From the IMG/VR virus record IMGVR_UViG_3300010362_000030, positions 1 through 47,882 of that record: a DNA stretch of 47,882 bases; one strand, 5' to 3'. This document shows, one piece after another, positions 1-7,841 of the stretch (the stretch's first letter is position 1; each line of letters begins with the position of its first letter). The notes below the pieces were generated by a model that was not told the origin of the DNA, searched no databases, and was given only the letters and a program-made list of their open reading frames with translations. The stretch is from a virus. Taxonomy: Duplodnaviria; Caudoviricetes. The translations under genes were made by a program, and so were the position numbers.

Positions 1-114
1 CCCAATGAAATGGCTGGGCGGGAAGGTCCCAGACAGCCCGCGCTCGTTAGCGAGTATGATCCATTCGCCACTCAGAAGGGGGATTACAACCCCTTCCCGC
101 TCCACCTCCAGTGA
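1..114 (+). CDS. terL: Probable 3' end of terminase large subunit (partial)
   Basis: Frame 1 is open from base 1: PNEMAGREGPRQPALVSEYDPFATQKGDYNPFPLHLQ*. An EYDPF-type tail and a position upstream of the portal match the TerL that runs off the right end. The intervening nuclease segment is absent. Confidence 0.65.
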   Translation, partial: PNEMAGREGPRQPALVSEYDPFATQKGDYNPFPLHLQ

Positions 115-121
115 GGCACGC

Positions 122-466
122 ATGGCAAGCCCACTGTCAATGATCGCATCAGCCTTCACGCCAACAGCCGGGCTTAAAGCTGCCCTTGCCCCTGGCACGC
201 CTGCGGGCGACAGTGTTCTTGGCAAGGCCATCTCGCAGGGCGTGACCGGCATTCCAGGCATAGACATCCTTGGCAAGGCTGTGGGCCAAACGCCAGCAGG
301 AACAGAACCACCTGTTCGAGGCTCATTCCCTGTTCCACCCTCAGTTGGCTCATCCCCTATGGGGCCACCGCCTTCGGCAACTGGAGGCCCTGGTCCTTGG
401 ACAGGTGGGCTTGGCAACTTCACAGGTTTTATGACTGCTGGTAGAAAAACCCTCTTAGGAGGCTGA
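122..466 (+). CDS. Pro/Gly-rich hypothetical protein (possible virion protein), ends KTLLGG
   Basis: ATG at 122 follows a GAGG RBS just after the terL stop. Low-complexity sequence. Confidence 0.6.
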   Translation: MASPLSMIASAFTPTAGLKAALAPGTPAGDSVLGKAISQGVTGIPGIDILGKAVGQTPAGTEPPVRGSFPVPPSVGSSPMGPPPSATGGPGPWTGGLGNFTGFMTAGRKTLLGG

Positions 467-467
467 C

Positions 468-740
468 GTGGGCGATCCAATCAAGGCAATCACACGAATG
501 TTCACCCCTCCAGGGACTGGTGGCCTTGAGGCGGCGCAGCAAGCGAACATGAGTGCTGCAGCGGCTCCACCGCCTATTGCTCCGCCGCCACCCCCTTCAG
601 GTCCGCCTTCAATCTCAGGGCAAAGTGGCACCAAGCCCTCGGCCTCAACTTTCATAGGGACCAACCTGCCGATCAGGCCTGCGTTTGTCCCAGGAACTAC
701 AGGCGCAAGCAGCAAAGGGAAGAGCCTTCTAGGTCAGTAA
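468..740 (+). CDS. Pro-rich hypothetical protein, ends KSLLGQ
   Basis: AGGAGG RBS before the GTG. Small pre-portal protein with a K[TS]LLG terminus. Confidence 0.7.
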   Translation: MGDPIKAITRMFTPPGTGGLEAAQQANMSAAAAPPPIAPPPPPSGPPSISGQSGTKPSASTFIGTNLPIRPAFVPGTTGASSKGKSLLGQ

Positions 741-741
741 C

Positions 742-1569
742 ATGCCTGAGGCGGCGGAAAAAGAGGGCGATGACTGGCTCAGCATTTTGGGCCGGAGCCT
801 CTTTGGTGGAAAGAAGGAGGAGAAGAAGGCTCCGAAGGAGCCTGTGTTCAGAACTGAGCCGCCTACAGCAATTCAGCAAGAACCACCCTCGAAAGAGTAT
901 CCAGGCCCTGTAGAACTCGAGACTTCGAAAGCCGTGGAACAGTATTATGGAAACCCATTTGCTGCCTACTTTACTCCGGGTCTTGCGTCAACCAGAGTTG
1001 CCAAGTCCCACGCAGACACAGAGGCACTCTTCCAAAGTGGAATGCCAGTTGGAAAGATGGGCCTCGGACGAGCTGAAATGGTCGATCCTGAGCGTGCTGA
1101 TCGTATTCATGCTGGTTGGCTTGCTGCTGAAAGGAGTCCTGTAGCAGCGATGGGCTTCGATCCAAGCAGGACTATCGAGAGCAGGAGCAAGCCAGGACAA
1201 GCCGTTGCTTGGTCTGGAGCCTATCAGCCTGCCGGTGACAGGATGTGGTACGACGCGAAAACACCTTTCACAATGGTTCATGAGTCTATGCATCGGGGAA
1301 TTAGGAAGCTTGAGAAGGATGGCTTGCTTCCTCCAAACGTCGCGGCAGCTGTAGGTCAGATTGGATCGACCAGTAATGCTTTTTATCATGAGATGCTGGT
1401 ACGAGCTTTGATGTCAAGGCACTTTGGCGATATTGAGATGGGCCTTGGAAAGGCAGGGGATCAACAGGTCAGAGATGCTCGGAATATAGTTCCCGAACAT
1501 TATCTTGACGAGCTTGAGAACGTGGCGGCACAGTACCTCGCGAAGAAACATCCTGGAGGCCCACGATGA
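742..1569 (+). CDS. Hypothetical protein with HExxH zincin-like motif
   Basis: 275 aa. VHESMH at 1276-1293, with a downstream HEMLVR. Confidence 0.6.
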   Translation: MPEAAEKEGDDWLSILGRSLFGGKKEEKKAPKEPVFRTEPPTAIQQEPPSKEYPGPVELETSKAVEQYYGNPFAAYFTPGLASTRVAKSHADTEALFQSGMPVGKMGLGRAEMVDPERADRIHAGWLAAERSPVAAMGFDPSRTIESRSKPGQAVAWSGAYQPAGDRMWYDAKTPFTMVHESMHRGIRKLEKDGLLPPNVAAAVGQIGSTSNAFYHEMLVRALMSRHFGDIEMGLGKAGDQQVRDARNIVPEHYLDELENVAAQYLAKKHPGGPR

Positions 1570-1769
1570 GCCCTGACGAGCCTGATGAGTACCATCATGG
1601 TTGTGGAAGTCCTCGCCAGTGCCAGATGGCTGAAGTGATGGCAGGCTATAAGGCAAGGGCCGCGGCTACTGGAAAATCTATGCCAAGCGAGATTGCAGAA
1701 TTTGAGGGTCACTCAAAAAGCGAGGTCGGTCCTCTTCGAGAGAGGGCAAGGCCACGAAGGAGACGATAA
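1566..1769 (+). CDS. Small hypothetical protein (HGCGS..C), paralog of next gene
   Basis: ATGA overlap with the upstream gene and a GGAGG RBS. Shares N-terminus with 1769-1981. Confidence 0.6.
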   Translation: MSPDEPDEYHHGCGSPRQCQMAEVMAGYKARAAATGKSMPSEIAEFEGHSKSEVGPLRERARPRRRR

Positions 1770-1981
1770 TGCCTGACGAACCAAAGTACTATAATCATGG
1801 CTGTGGCTCGGCTGCCGACTGCAATCTGGAGGCTGTTAAGCAGGGCTATGACGCTCTTCGGAAAGGGCTGTCACACACTGCAGAAGGTGCCAGGCAAAGG
1901 TCGATGGCAGAATTTGCGACTATGCGTGGTGATGTCGAGACCCCTCGTGCGGATAGCCCGAAAGGTGACTACGGGCAATGA
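1769..1981 (+). CDS. Small hypothetical protein (HGCGS..C)
   Basis: TAATG overlap upstream, ATGA overlap with the portal, AAGGAG RBS. Confidence 0.6.
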   Translation: MPDEPKYYNHGCGSAADCNLEAVKQGYDALRKGLSHTAEGARQRSMAEFATMRGDVETPRADSPKGDYGQ

Positions 1982-3642
1982 GAGAACTTCGGCGAAACCT
2001 TGACGCTCGCGTCATCGGGCTGAGGACCGACCGCTACAGTTGGTGGGTCCACTGGAGAGAACTTGCCGATTACATCCTCCCGAGGAGGTACAAATGGCTC
2101 GTGACCCCGAACCAGTGGAACCGCGGTTCCCCCTTGAACCAGTTTATCGTGGACTCGACTGGTACGCTTGCTGCGAGGAACCTAGCATCTGGCATGATGG
2201 CAGGGATTACCTCCCCGACGAGACCCTGGTTTCGCTTAGGTATTCAAGGCTTCGAAGAAGCCGAAGAGTCCTCTCCGGTCAAGATTTGGCTGGAGGAAGT
2301 CCGTTTGAGGATGATGAAGATTTTTCAGGAGTCTAATTACTATTCTGCAAAGGCTGTTCAGTTCTTCGATCTCGTAGTATTCGGTTCGGCACCAATGCTG
2401 ATCTACGAGGACTACGAGAATGTCATACGATGTTACAACCCTTGTGCTGGTGAGTATTACCTCGCTTCTTCTAATCGCCTTGCTATTGATAGCTTTTATC
2501 GTGAGTTCGTATTGACTGTCAAGCAAGTCGTGCAAGAATTTGGAGAGGAAAATGTCTCGCCAAGCGTCCTTGCAAGCTGGAAGAGTGCTCGATCGAACTG
2601 GACTCGAGAGATCAAAGTCCTCCACGCTATCGAGCCTAATATTGGAGATGCGGCTCAAGACGGCATACCGAGATACTTCCCCTATCGAGAAGTCTATTGG
2701 GAATGGGGCTCATCAGACCAATACATTCTCCGAGCCAGGGGCTTCTACGAGAACCCAGCCTCCTGCCCACGTTGGGACCTCGTCTCCAATGACGCCTATG
2801 GAAGAAGTCCAGCAATGGACGCCCTTGGAGATATCAAGCAACTCCAGCAGGAGACAAAGCGGAAGGCCCAGGCTATTGACAAGATGGTCAACCCTCCTCT
2901 GCTCGCGGACGTGCAGCTTAAGAACCAACCAGCCTCTGTCCTCCCAGGAGGGATCACCTACGTAACTCAGCTTGACGCTTCCAAGGGAATGAGGCCAGTT
3001 TACGAGGTTCAGCCTCGCATTCAAGAGATGATGCTTGATATCAAGGAGATACAAGAACGGATCAAGCAGATTTTCTTTAATGACTTGTTCTTGATGATTT
3101 CGCAGCTGGACACAGTTCGCACGGCAACTGAGATTGATGCGAGGAGGGAAGAGAAGCTGGTCATGCTTGGGCCAGTACTTGAGCGCTTCGAGAATGAAAG
3201 CCTGAGCCCCGACATCGACCGAGTCTTCAATATCATGCACAGGGCTCGGCTCCTGCCAGAGGCTCCCCAGGAGGTACAGGGCCGAGAAATTCAAGTTAAC
3301 TACGTTTCGATGCTTGCTGAGGCCCAACGTGCTGCAAGTTCCGCTGGCATGGAAAGGCTCATGGCGCAGCTTGGAAACCTGAGCGCAGTTCGGCCAGAGG
3401 TCCTCGACAATATCGACTTCAACGAGTTTGCAAGGCAGTACGCTGACATCCTGCACGTTCCGCCGAAGCTGGTTGTGGACGCGAGGAAGGTCGAACAGAT
3501 ACAGGCGCAACGTGCTGCCGCAGCGCAACAGCAACAACAGCCTGCCCAAATCTCTGATCTTGCGAAGTCCGCGAAGGTGCTTTCTGATACTCAGGTTGGT
3601 GGTGGTCAGAATGCCCTTCAGCGGATGATGGGAGGCATTTGA
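1978..3642 (+). CDS. Portal (head-to-tail connector) protein
   Basis: 554 aa with motifs LASGMMAGITSPTRPWF, YGRSPAMDALGDIKQLQ and RTATEIDARREEKLVMLGPVLER, typical of T7/BPP-1-like portals. Confidence 0.95.
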   Translation: MRELRRNLDARVIGLRTDRYSWWVHWRELADYILPRRYKWLVTPNQWNRGSPLNQFIVDSTGTLAARNLASGMMAGITSPTRPWFRLGIQGFEEAEESSPVKIWLEEVRLRMMKIFQESNYYSAKAVQFFDLVVFGSAPMLIYEDYENVIRCYNPCAGEYYLASSNRLAIDSFYREFVLTVKQVVQEFGEENVSPSVLASWKSARSNWTREIKVLHAIEPNIGDAAQDGIPRYFPYREVYWEWGSSDQYILRARGFYENPASCPRWDLVSNDAYGRSPAMDALGDIKQLQQETKRKAQAIDKMVNPPLLADVQLKNQPASVLPGGITYVTQLDASKGMRPVYEVQPRIQEMMLDIKEIQERIKQIFFNDLFLMISQLDTVRTATEIDARREEKLVMLGPVLERFENESLSPDIDRVFNIMHRARLLPEAPQEVQGREIQVNYVSMLAEAQRAASSAGMERLMAQLGNLSAVRPEVLDNIDFNEFARQYADILHVPPKLVVDARKVEQIQAQRAAAAQQQQQPAQISDLAKSAKVLSDTQVGGGQNALQRMMGGI

Positions 3643-3989
3643 TGGCAGGCGATACTGATGAGCCAGAATTTGACCTCGAAGCGGAAGAAGACCGACCTGA
3701 AGATATTGGAGACGCTAGAGATGTCTCCGCTCGTAAGAAGAGAGCGGCGGCGGCTAGGGAGGCCTACCTTGAGACCCTTCGCACACTTATGGGAGGACCT
3801 GTTGGCAGGGCTTTCATCTTTGAAATCCTCAGTCGCTGCCATGTGGGCCAGAACCTTTTCAACCGAGACGCCCTTATTATGGCGCATAACTGCGGGGAGC
3901 ATAATATTGGCAATAGCCTGCTTATTGATATTTCTGTTGCTTGCCCTGACAGTTACATGGTGATGATGAAGGAGAACCAAAATGGCTGA
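3639..3989 (+). CDS. Conserved post-portal protein (Bbp19-like)
   Basis: GR.F..EIL..C, followed by MAHNCGEHNIG. Position between portal and scaffold. Confidence 0.7.
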   Translation: MMAGDTDEPEFDLEAEEDRPEDIGDARDVSARKKRAAAAREAYLETLRTLMGGPVGRAFIFEILSRCHVGQNLFNRDALIMAHNCGEHNIGNSLLIDISVACPDSYMVMMKENQNG

Positions 3990-4686
3990 GGAACCTCTTG
4001 GCGAGCCCGGTAGTGAAACGACTGATCCTGCGCAGTTAGCAGCGAAGGCGTCTACTACTCCAGCACCTGCTGCGACTACACAGACTAATGGAGCCACAAA
4101 GACTTCCACTGAGACGGGGACTCCGCGCCATGCCGCAACCCTCCTCTCAACAAAGCACGAGGATGCGACTCCCGCTGCTGCGGTCGGCGCTCCTGAGAAC
4201 TACAGCGATTTTAAGTATCCTGACGGTATGGAAGGCTACAAGGGCGATCAGCTCAACGCCATCCACAGCCTCTTCAAAGAGGGCAACTTATCTCAGGACT
4301 TAGCTCAGAAATTCGTTGACTTCCACAACGGAGAACTAGCCAAGGTGGGTAATGCCCATACCGAGGGCTGGGATGCAACTAACCAAGCGTGGAAAGATAC
4401 GCTGAAGGCTGACAAGACAATCGGTTCAGGCACGGATAGTATCCTTAGGCCTGAGGTCTCGTCAGGTATCTCGAAGCTTATCGACTCCCACCTTGGTGGT
4501 GACGCTTTCAGAATTGCGATGGAACAGACAGGTGCTGGCAATCATCCAGATGTCGTAAGGGGCCTCTGGAAGATCGCTCAGAAGATGAACGAGGGAACTG
4601 CCGTGGAAGGCGGTCCTGCTCGGGAAGGGCCTCGACGCTCTATCGCTCAGCGAATGTATCCATCCCTAGTCCCAAAGGAGACATAG
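3982..4686 (+). CDS. Capsid scaffolding/assembly protein
   Basis: Low-complexity N-terminus, APENYSDF and GAGNHPDVVR motifs. Lies directly before the capsid gene. Confidence 0.8.
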   Translation: MAEEPLGEPGSETTDPAQLAAKASTTPAPAATTQTNGATKTSTETGTPRHAATLLSTKHEDATPAAAVGAPENYSDFKYPDGMEGYKGDQLNAIHSLFKEGNLSQDLAQKFVDFHNGELAKVGNAHTEGWDATNQAWKDTLKADKTIGSGTDSILRPEVSSGISKLIDSHLGGDAFRIAMEQTGAGNHPDVVRGLWKIAQKMNEGTAVEGGPAREGPRRSIAQRMYPSLVPKET

Positions 4687-4687
4687 C

Positions 4688-5731
4688 ATGGCAACTATCG
4701 GCAATCAGGTCTTGACCTTTGCCGACTGGGCCAAGAGAGTGGACGACGACTACCGCGTAGCGGCGATTGTCGAACTCCTGTCCCAGACGAACGAGATCAT
4801 GGACGATATGCTAGTCATGGAGGCCAATCAACCGACTGGCCACAAGACTACAGTCCGAACTGGTCTCCCGGCAGCAACGTGGCGCTTGCTCAACTTCGGT
4901 ATCCCGGTCGGCAAGTCTCACACAGCACAGATCATCGACACGATCGGGAACCTCGAAAGCGAAAGCCAGATCGACGTGGACCTTGCCGAGCTGAATGGCA
5001 ACACGCCTGAGTTCCGGCTTTCAGAGGCTCGTGCCTTCCTCGAAGGCATGAACCAGCAAATGGCTCAGACGATCTTCTACGGCAACACTCTTGTTACCCC
5101 GGAGAGGTTCACTGGCCTGTCACCCAGGTACAACACGATCACCCCTGCGAATGCCCAGACCGCAGCGAACGTCGTCAACGCCGGAGGTACTGGCGCGGAC
5201 AACACCTCGATCTGGATTATGACCTGGGGTGCAGACACCACTCACGGCATTTTCCCGAAAGGGAAGATCGGTGGGCTGCAGCACGAGGACAAGGGAAAGT
5301 GGCGAGTCTTCGACTCGAACAACAACCCTTACTACGCGTATGTAGACCACTTCAAGTGGGAGCTGGGGCTCTGCGTACGGGACTGGCGCTTTAATGCCAG
5401 GATCGCCAACATCGACGTGTCGGACCTGCAAACAGCGTCCGCCGCGAACCTGATCAACGCAATGGTCAGGGCAATGTATCGCATTCCTGTGATGCCTGCC
5501 CAAGCCACTGCGATCCAGACCTCAGACTCGGATCGTGTTCAAGAGAGCATGGGCCGAGTTGTGATCTACGCTAACCGCGTGATCAGGACCTACTTCGATC
5601 TGCAGGCCATGAACAAGACCAACGTGCTGCTCCGCTTGGAGGAGTTCATGGGCAAGGTCGTGACTACCTTTAGGGGTATTCCGATCAGGACCTGCGATCA
5701 AATTCTCAACACTGAAGCAGCGCTGGTCTAA
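4688..5731 (+). CDS. Major capsid protein
   Basis: 347 aa: IVELLSQTNEIMDDM, TTVRTGLP, C-terminal FRGIPIRTCDQILNTEA (BPP-1 Bbp17-like). Confidence 0.93.
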   Translation: MATIGNQVLTFADWAKRVDDDYRVAAIVELLSQTNEIMDDMLVMEANQPTGHKTTVRTGLPAATWRLLNFGIPVGKSHTAQIIDTIGNLESESQIDVDLAELNGNTPEFRLSEARAFLEGMNQQMAQTIFYGNTLVTPERFTGLSPRYNTITPANAQTAANVVNAGGTGADNTSIWIMTWGADTTHGIFPKGKIGGLQHEDKGKWRVFDSNNNPYYAYVDHFKWELGLCVRDWRFNARIANIDVSDLQTASAANLINAMVRAMYRIPVMPAQATAIQTSDSDRVQESMGRVVIYANRVIRTYFDLQAMNKTNVLLRLEEFMGKVVTTFRGIPIRTCDQILNTEAALV

Positions 5732-5740
5732 GGAGGCCCC

Positions 5741-6283
5741 ATGATCCTTGACAGACAGAATAGGTTTTCCGGTGGGCAGTCCCTGATCTCAGGTGTGGCG
5801 GTAGTTCCGTCAACTGATATCATCGACCTGCACTTGCTCACCGGCACAGCCTGGAACCCGCCGAGCCCCTTGGCAGCGGGTCAAGGCATTCGCGATATCG
5901 GCATCGGAGATACTCCGGCGCTGAAGGTCTACGCAGCCATCAATACGGCTGTCGTCGGCGCGGGCGCAAGCTTGCAAGTCCTCGCACAGGGTGCTCCGGA
6001 TGATGGTACTGGTGCTCCTGGCACTTGGACTACTTACGTGGCGGGTCCTACGATCGCTGTGGCGCAGTTGATCGCAGGGGCAAGGCTGCTCGACATCGAC
6101 TGGCCTCGTCCTCCGGCAGGTATCAGCCTTCCTCGCTTCATTAGGCTGGCCTACAACATCACTGGCGCTGGCATCACAGCCGGAACCGTTGATGGCTACC
6201 TTGTCCTCGATCGACAAGATCAGATCGTGTCCGCGGCTGGCTTCCAGTCCGGCTACGTCCCTGGCATTGTCGTGAACAACTAG
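5741..6283 (+). CDS. Capsid cement/decoration protein (Bbp16-like)
   Basis: MILD..N.FS..Q start, S.DIIDL, RDIGIG and RFIRLAY motifs. Follows the capsid gene, AGGAGG RBS. Confidence 0.8.
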   Translation: MILDRQNRFSGGQSLISGVAVVPSTDIIDLHLLTGTAWNPPSPLAAGQGIRDIGIGDTPALKVYAAINTAVVGAGASLQVLAQGAPDDGTGAPGTWTTYVAGPTIAVAQLIAGARLLDIDWPRPPAGISLPRFIRLAYNITGAGITAGTVDGYLVLDRQDQIVSAAGFQSGYVPGIVVNN

Positions 6284-6292
6284 GAGGGACCA

Positions 6293-6583
6293 ATGGCAGA
6301 GGAAGTAAAAGACCCGTTGGCCCCTGAGCCAGTGAAGATGAGTGGGAAGTCCTTCGTGACTCTCGCTCGTTGGGTCATCCCTGGGCCAAGTCCTGGCCTT
6401 GTGGAGGCTGGCACCTACGTTGGCAAGGGCACTCCCTATCCGGTTCCAGAGTCAATGGAACCGAAGGAAGGCAAGCCCTCGGTCTTGAAGGAGGCTCCGC
6501 TTCCGCCTTCGAAAGATGCGCCAAAGGCTGAAGCTCATCCTGCTCCTCAGCAGGAGGAACACCCAGCTCCCAAAAGGCGCTGA
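6293..6583 (+). CDS. Hypothetical protein, Pro/Glu/Lys-rich
   Basis: AGGAGG RBS. Last gene before a terminator. Confidence 0.65.
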   Translation: MAEEVKDPLAPEPVKMSGKSFVTLARWVIPGPSPGLVEAGTYVGKGTPYPVPESMEPKEGKPSVLKEAPLPPSKDAPKAEAHPAPQQEEHPAPKRR

Positions 6584-6588
6584 ACCTG

Positions 6589-6611
6589 GGAGGGGTTTCG
6601 GCCCCTCCTTC
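6589..6611 (+). terminator. Intrinsic terminator-like hairpin after head genes
   Basis: GGAGGGGT-TTCG-GCCCCTCC-TT. The U-tract is short. Confidence 0.6.
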
Positions 6612-6634
6612 ACCGACGTTGTAGGGAGGATACG

Positions 6635-6988
6635 ATGAAGTTCCGCCTTAAGTCCGCGCACTACTCAGACGAACTCAGCCTCTTGCTGCCGATGGATACT
6701 GTCATCGAGACAGCTGTGGTTGAGAAAGAGCCTGGCCGTAAGGGCAAGGTTATCGTGAAAAAGATGGGCAAGGTTATCCTCCCTCATCCTATCGTTGATA
6801 AGAATTATCCAGCTCGCCCCGGCATTCCGCAGACTGCGACGGTTAACGAACTCGAGACTTCGTGGGCTGGGCCTCCCTCGATCGAGATGGAAGGCCTGGA
6901 CGCTGAGTCTATCGCAGCCTGCGAGAAACGTGCCTCAACCTATATGTCCATCAACGACCTTCCAATCACTCCAGTTCAGGCGGTGTGA
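6635..6988 (+). CDS. Hypothetical protein
   Basis: GGAGG RBS, 117 aa. Confidence 0.7.
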   Translation: MKFRLKSAHYSDELSLLLPMDTVIETAVVEKEPGRKGKVIVKKMGKVILPHPIVDKNYPARPGIPQTATVNELETSWAGPPSIEMEGLDAESIAACEKRASTYMSINDLPITPVQAV

Positions 6989-7416
6989 CCATGTGGAAAG
7001 CTCTCACGTTAGCATTCTTGCTGGCCCTGCTTTCGTGCGAGCCAGTAAAGACTCAGCCCTTTATTGGGCCAAGCCCTGTCATCTGCCAGTCCTTCATCGC
7101 AGCGACTGCTGCTACTACAGCGATGGTAAGAATTCTCCAGGCAGTCGCTGGCAAGGTCACCTATCTCTGTGGCTGGAACGCCAGCGATAGTGGTGCGGGC
7201 GCTGGAGCCTTTACATTGTCCTATGGGACTGGAACCAACTGCGCGACTGGCACAGTCCAGATTGGTAGTACTATCGCTCTGGCTGCCAACGGCTTTGCAG
7301 CCGATCATCGAACCTATGCTTGGGCGGCTTTGCCTCCAGGTGCTGATGTTTGTTGGACAGTTACAGGCACCGGTCAAATCGGCCTTACCTTGTACTATGG
7401 GCAGTATGGACCATGA
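6985..7416 (+). CDS. Beta-rich protein with N-terminal signal-like hydrophobic segment
   Basis: MWKALTLAFLLALLSC start. Coupled to neighbouring genes. Confidence 0.65.
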   Translation: MTMWKALTLAFLLALLSCEPVKTQPFIGPSPVICQSFIAATAATTAMVRILQAVAGKVTYLCGWNASDSGAGAGAFTLSYGTGTNCATGTVQIGSTIALAANGFAADHRTYAWAALPPGADVCWTVTGTGQIGLTLYYGQYGP

Positions 7417-7841
7417 ACATCTACGATAACGTCATTGGCAAGCCTATTCGATCGCATCGCAGCTATGCGGGGCCGACACTTGGCTGGATTGAGGTGCCGA
7501 TCTTTCAGGATAAAATCCTGACTAACTCGAATAGACCCACTTACAGGATACAACCCTGGGACTCAGTGCTATTGCTTCGGCTTGGCCTTGGAGGCAATTT
7601 GAGTATTCTCCTTCCACCCGCGAGGCGCTGGTACAACAAGGACTACGGTTCCTTCTCTATTTACATTAAGGACATCTTCGGAATTATCAACCCTACAACC
7701 AATTCAGTTACTATCCAAGTTGACCCTGAAGGCGGCCCTGCCGAGGATATTGACGGGATTGATATCTACACTATGATCTCACCTTATGCCAGCACAATGC
7801 TGCGACCAAGGAGTGACCTCAGTGGATGGTATAGTCTCTAG
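7413..7841 (+). CDS. Hypothetical protein (tail-associated?)
   Basis: ATGA overlap at 7413. IYIKD..G and W at the C-terminus resemble tail-fibre-associated beta domains. Confidence 0.6.
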   Translation: MNIYDNVIGKPIRSHRSYAGPTLGWIEVPIFQDKILTNSNRPTYRIQPWDSVLLLRLGLGGNLSILLPPARRWYNKDYGSFSIYIKDIFGIINPTTNSVTIQVDPEGGPAEDIDGIDIYTMISPYASTMLRPRSDLSGWYSL

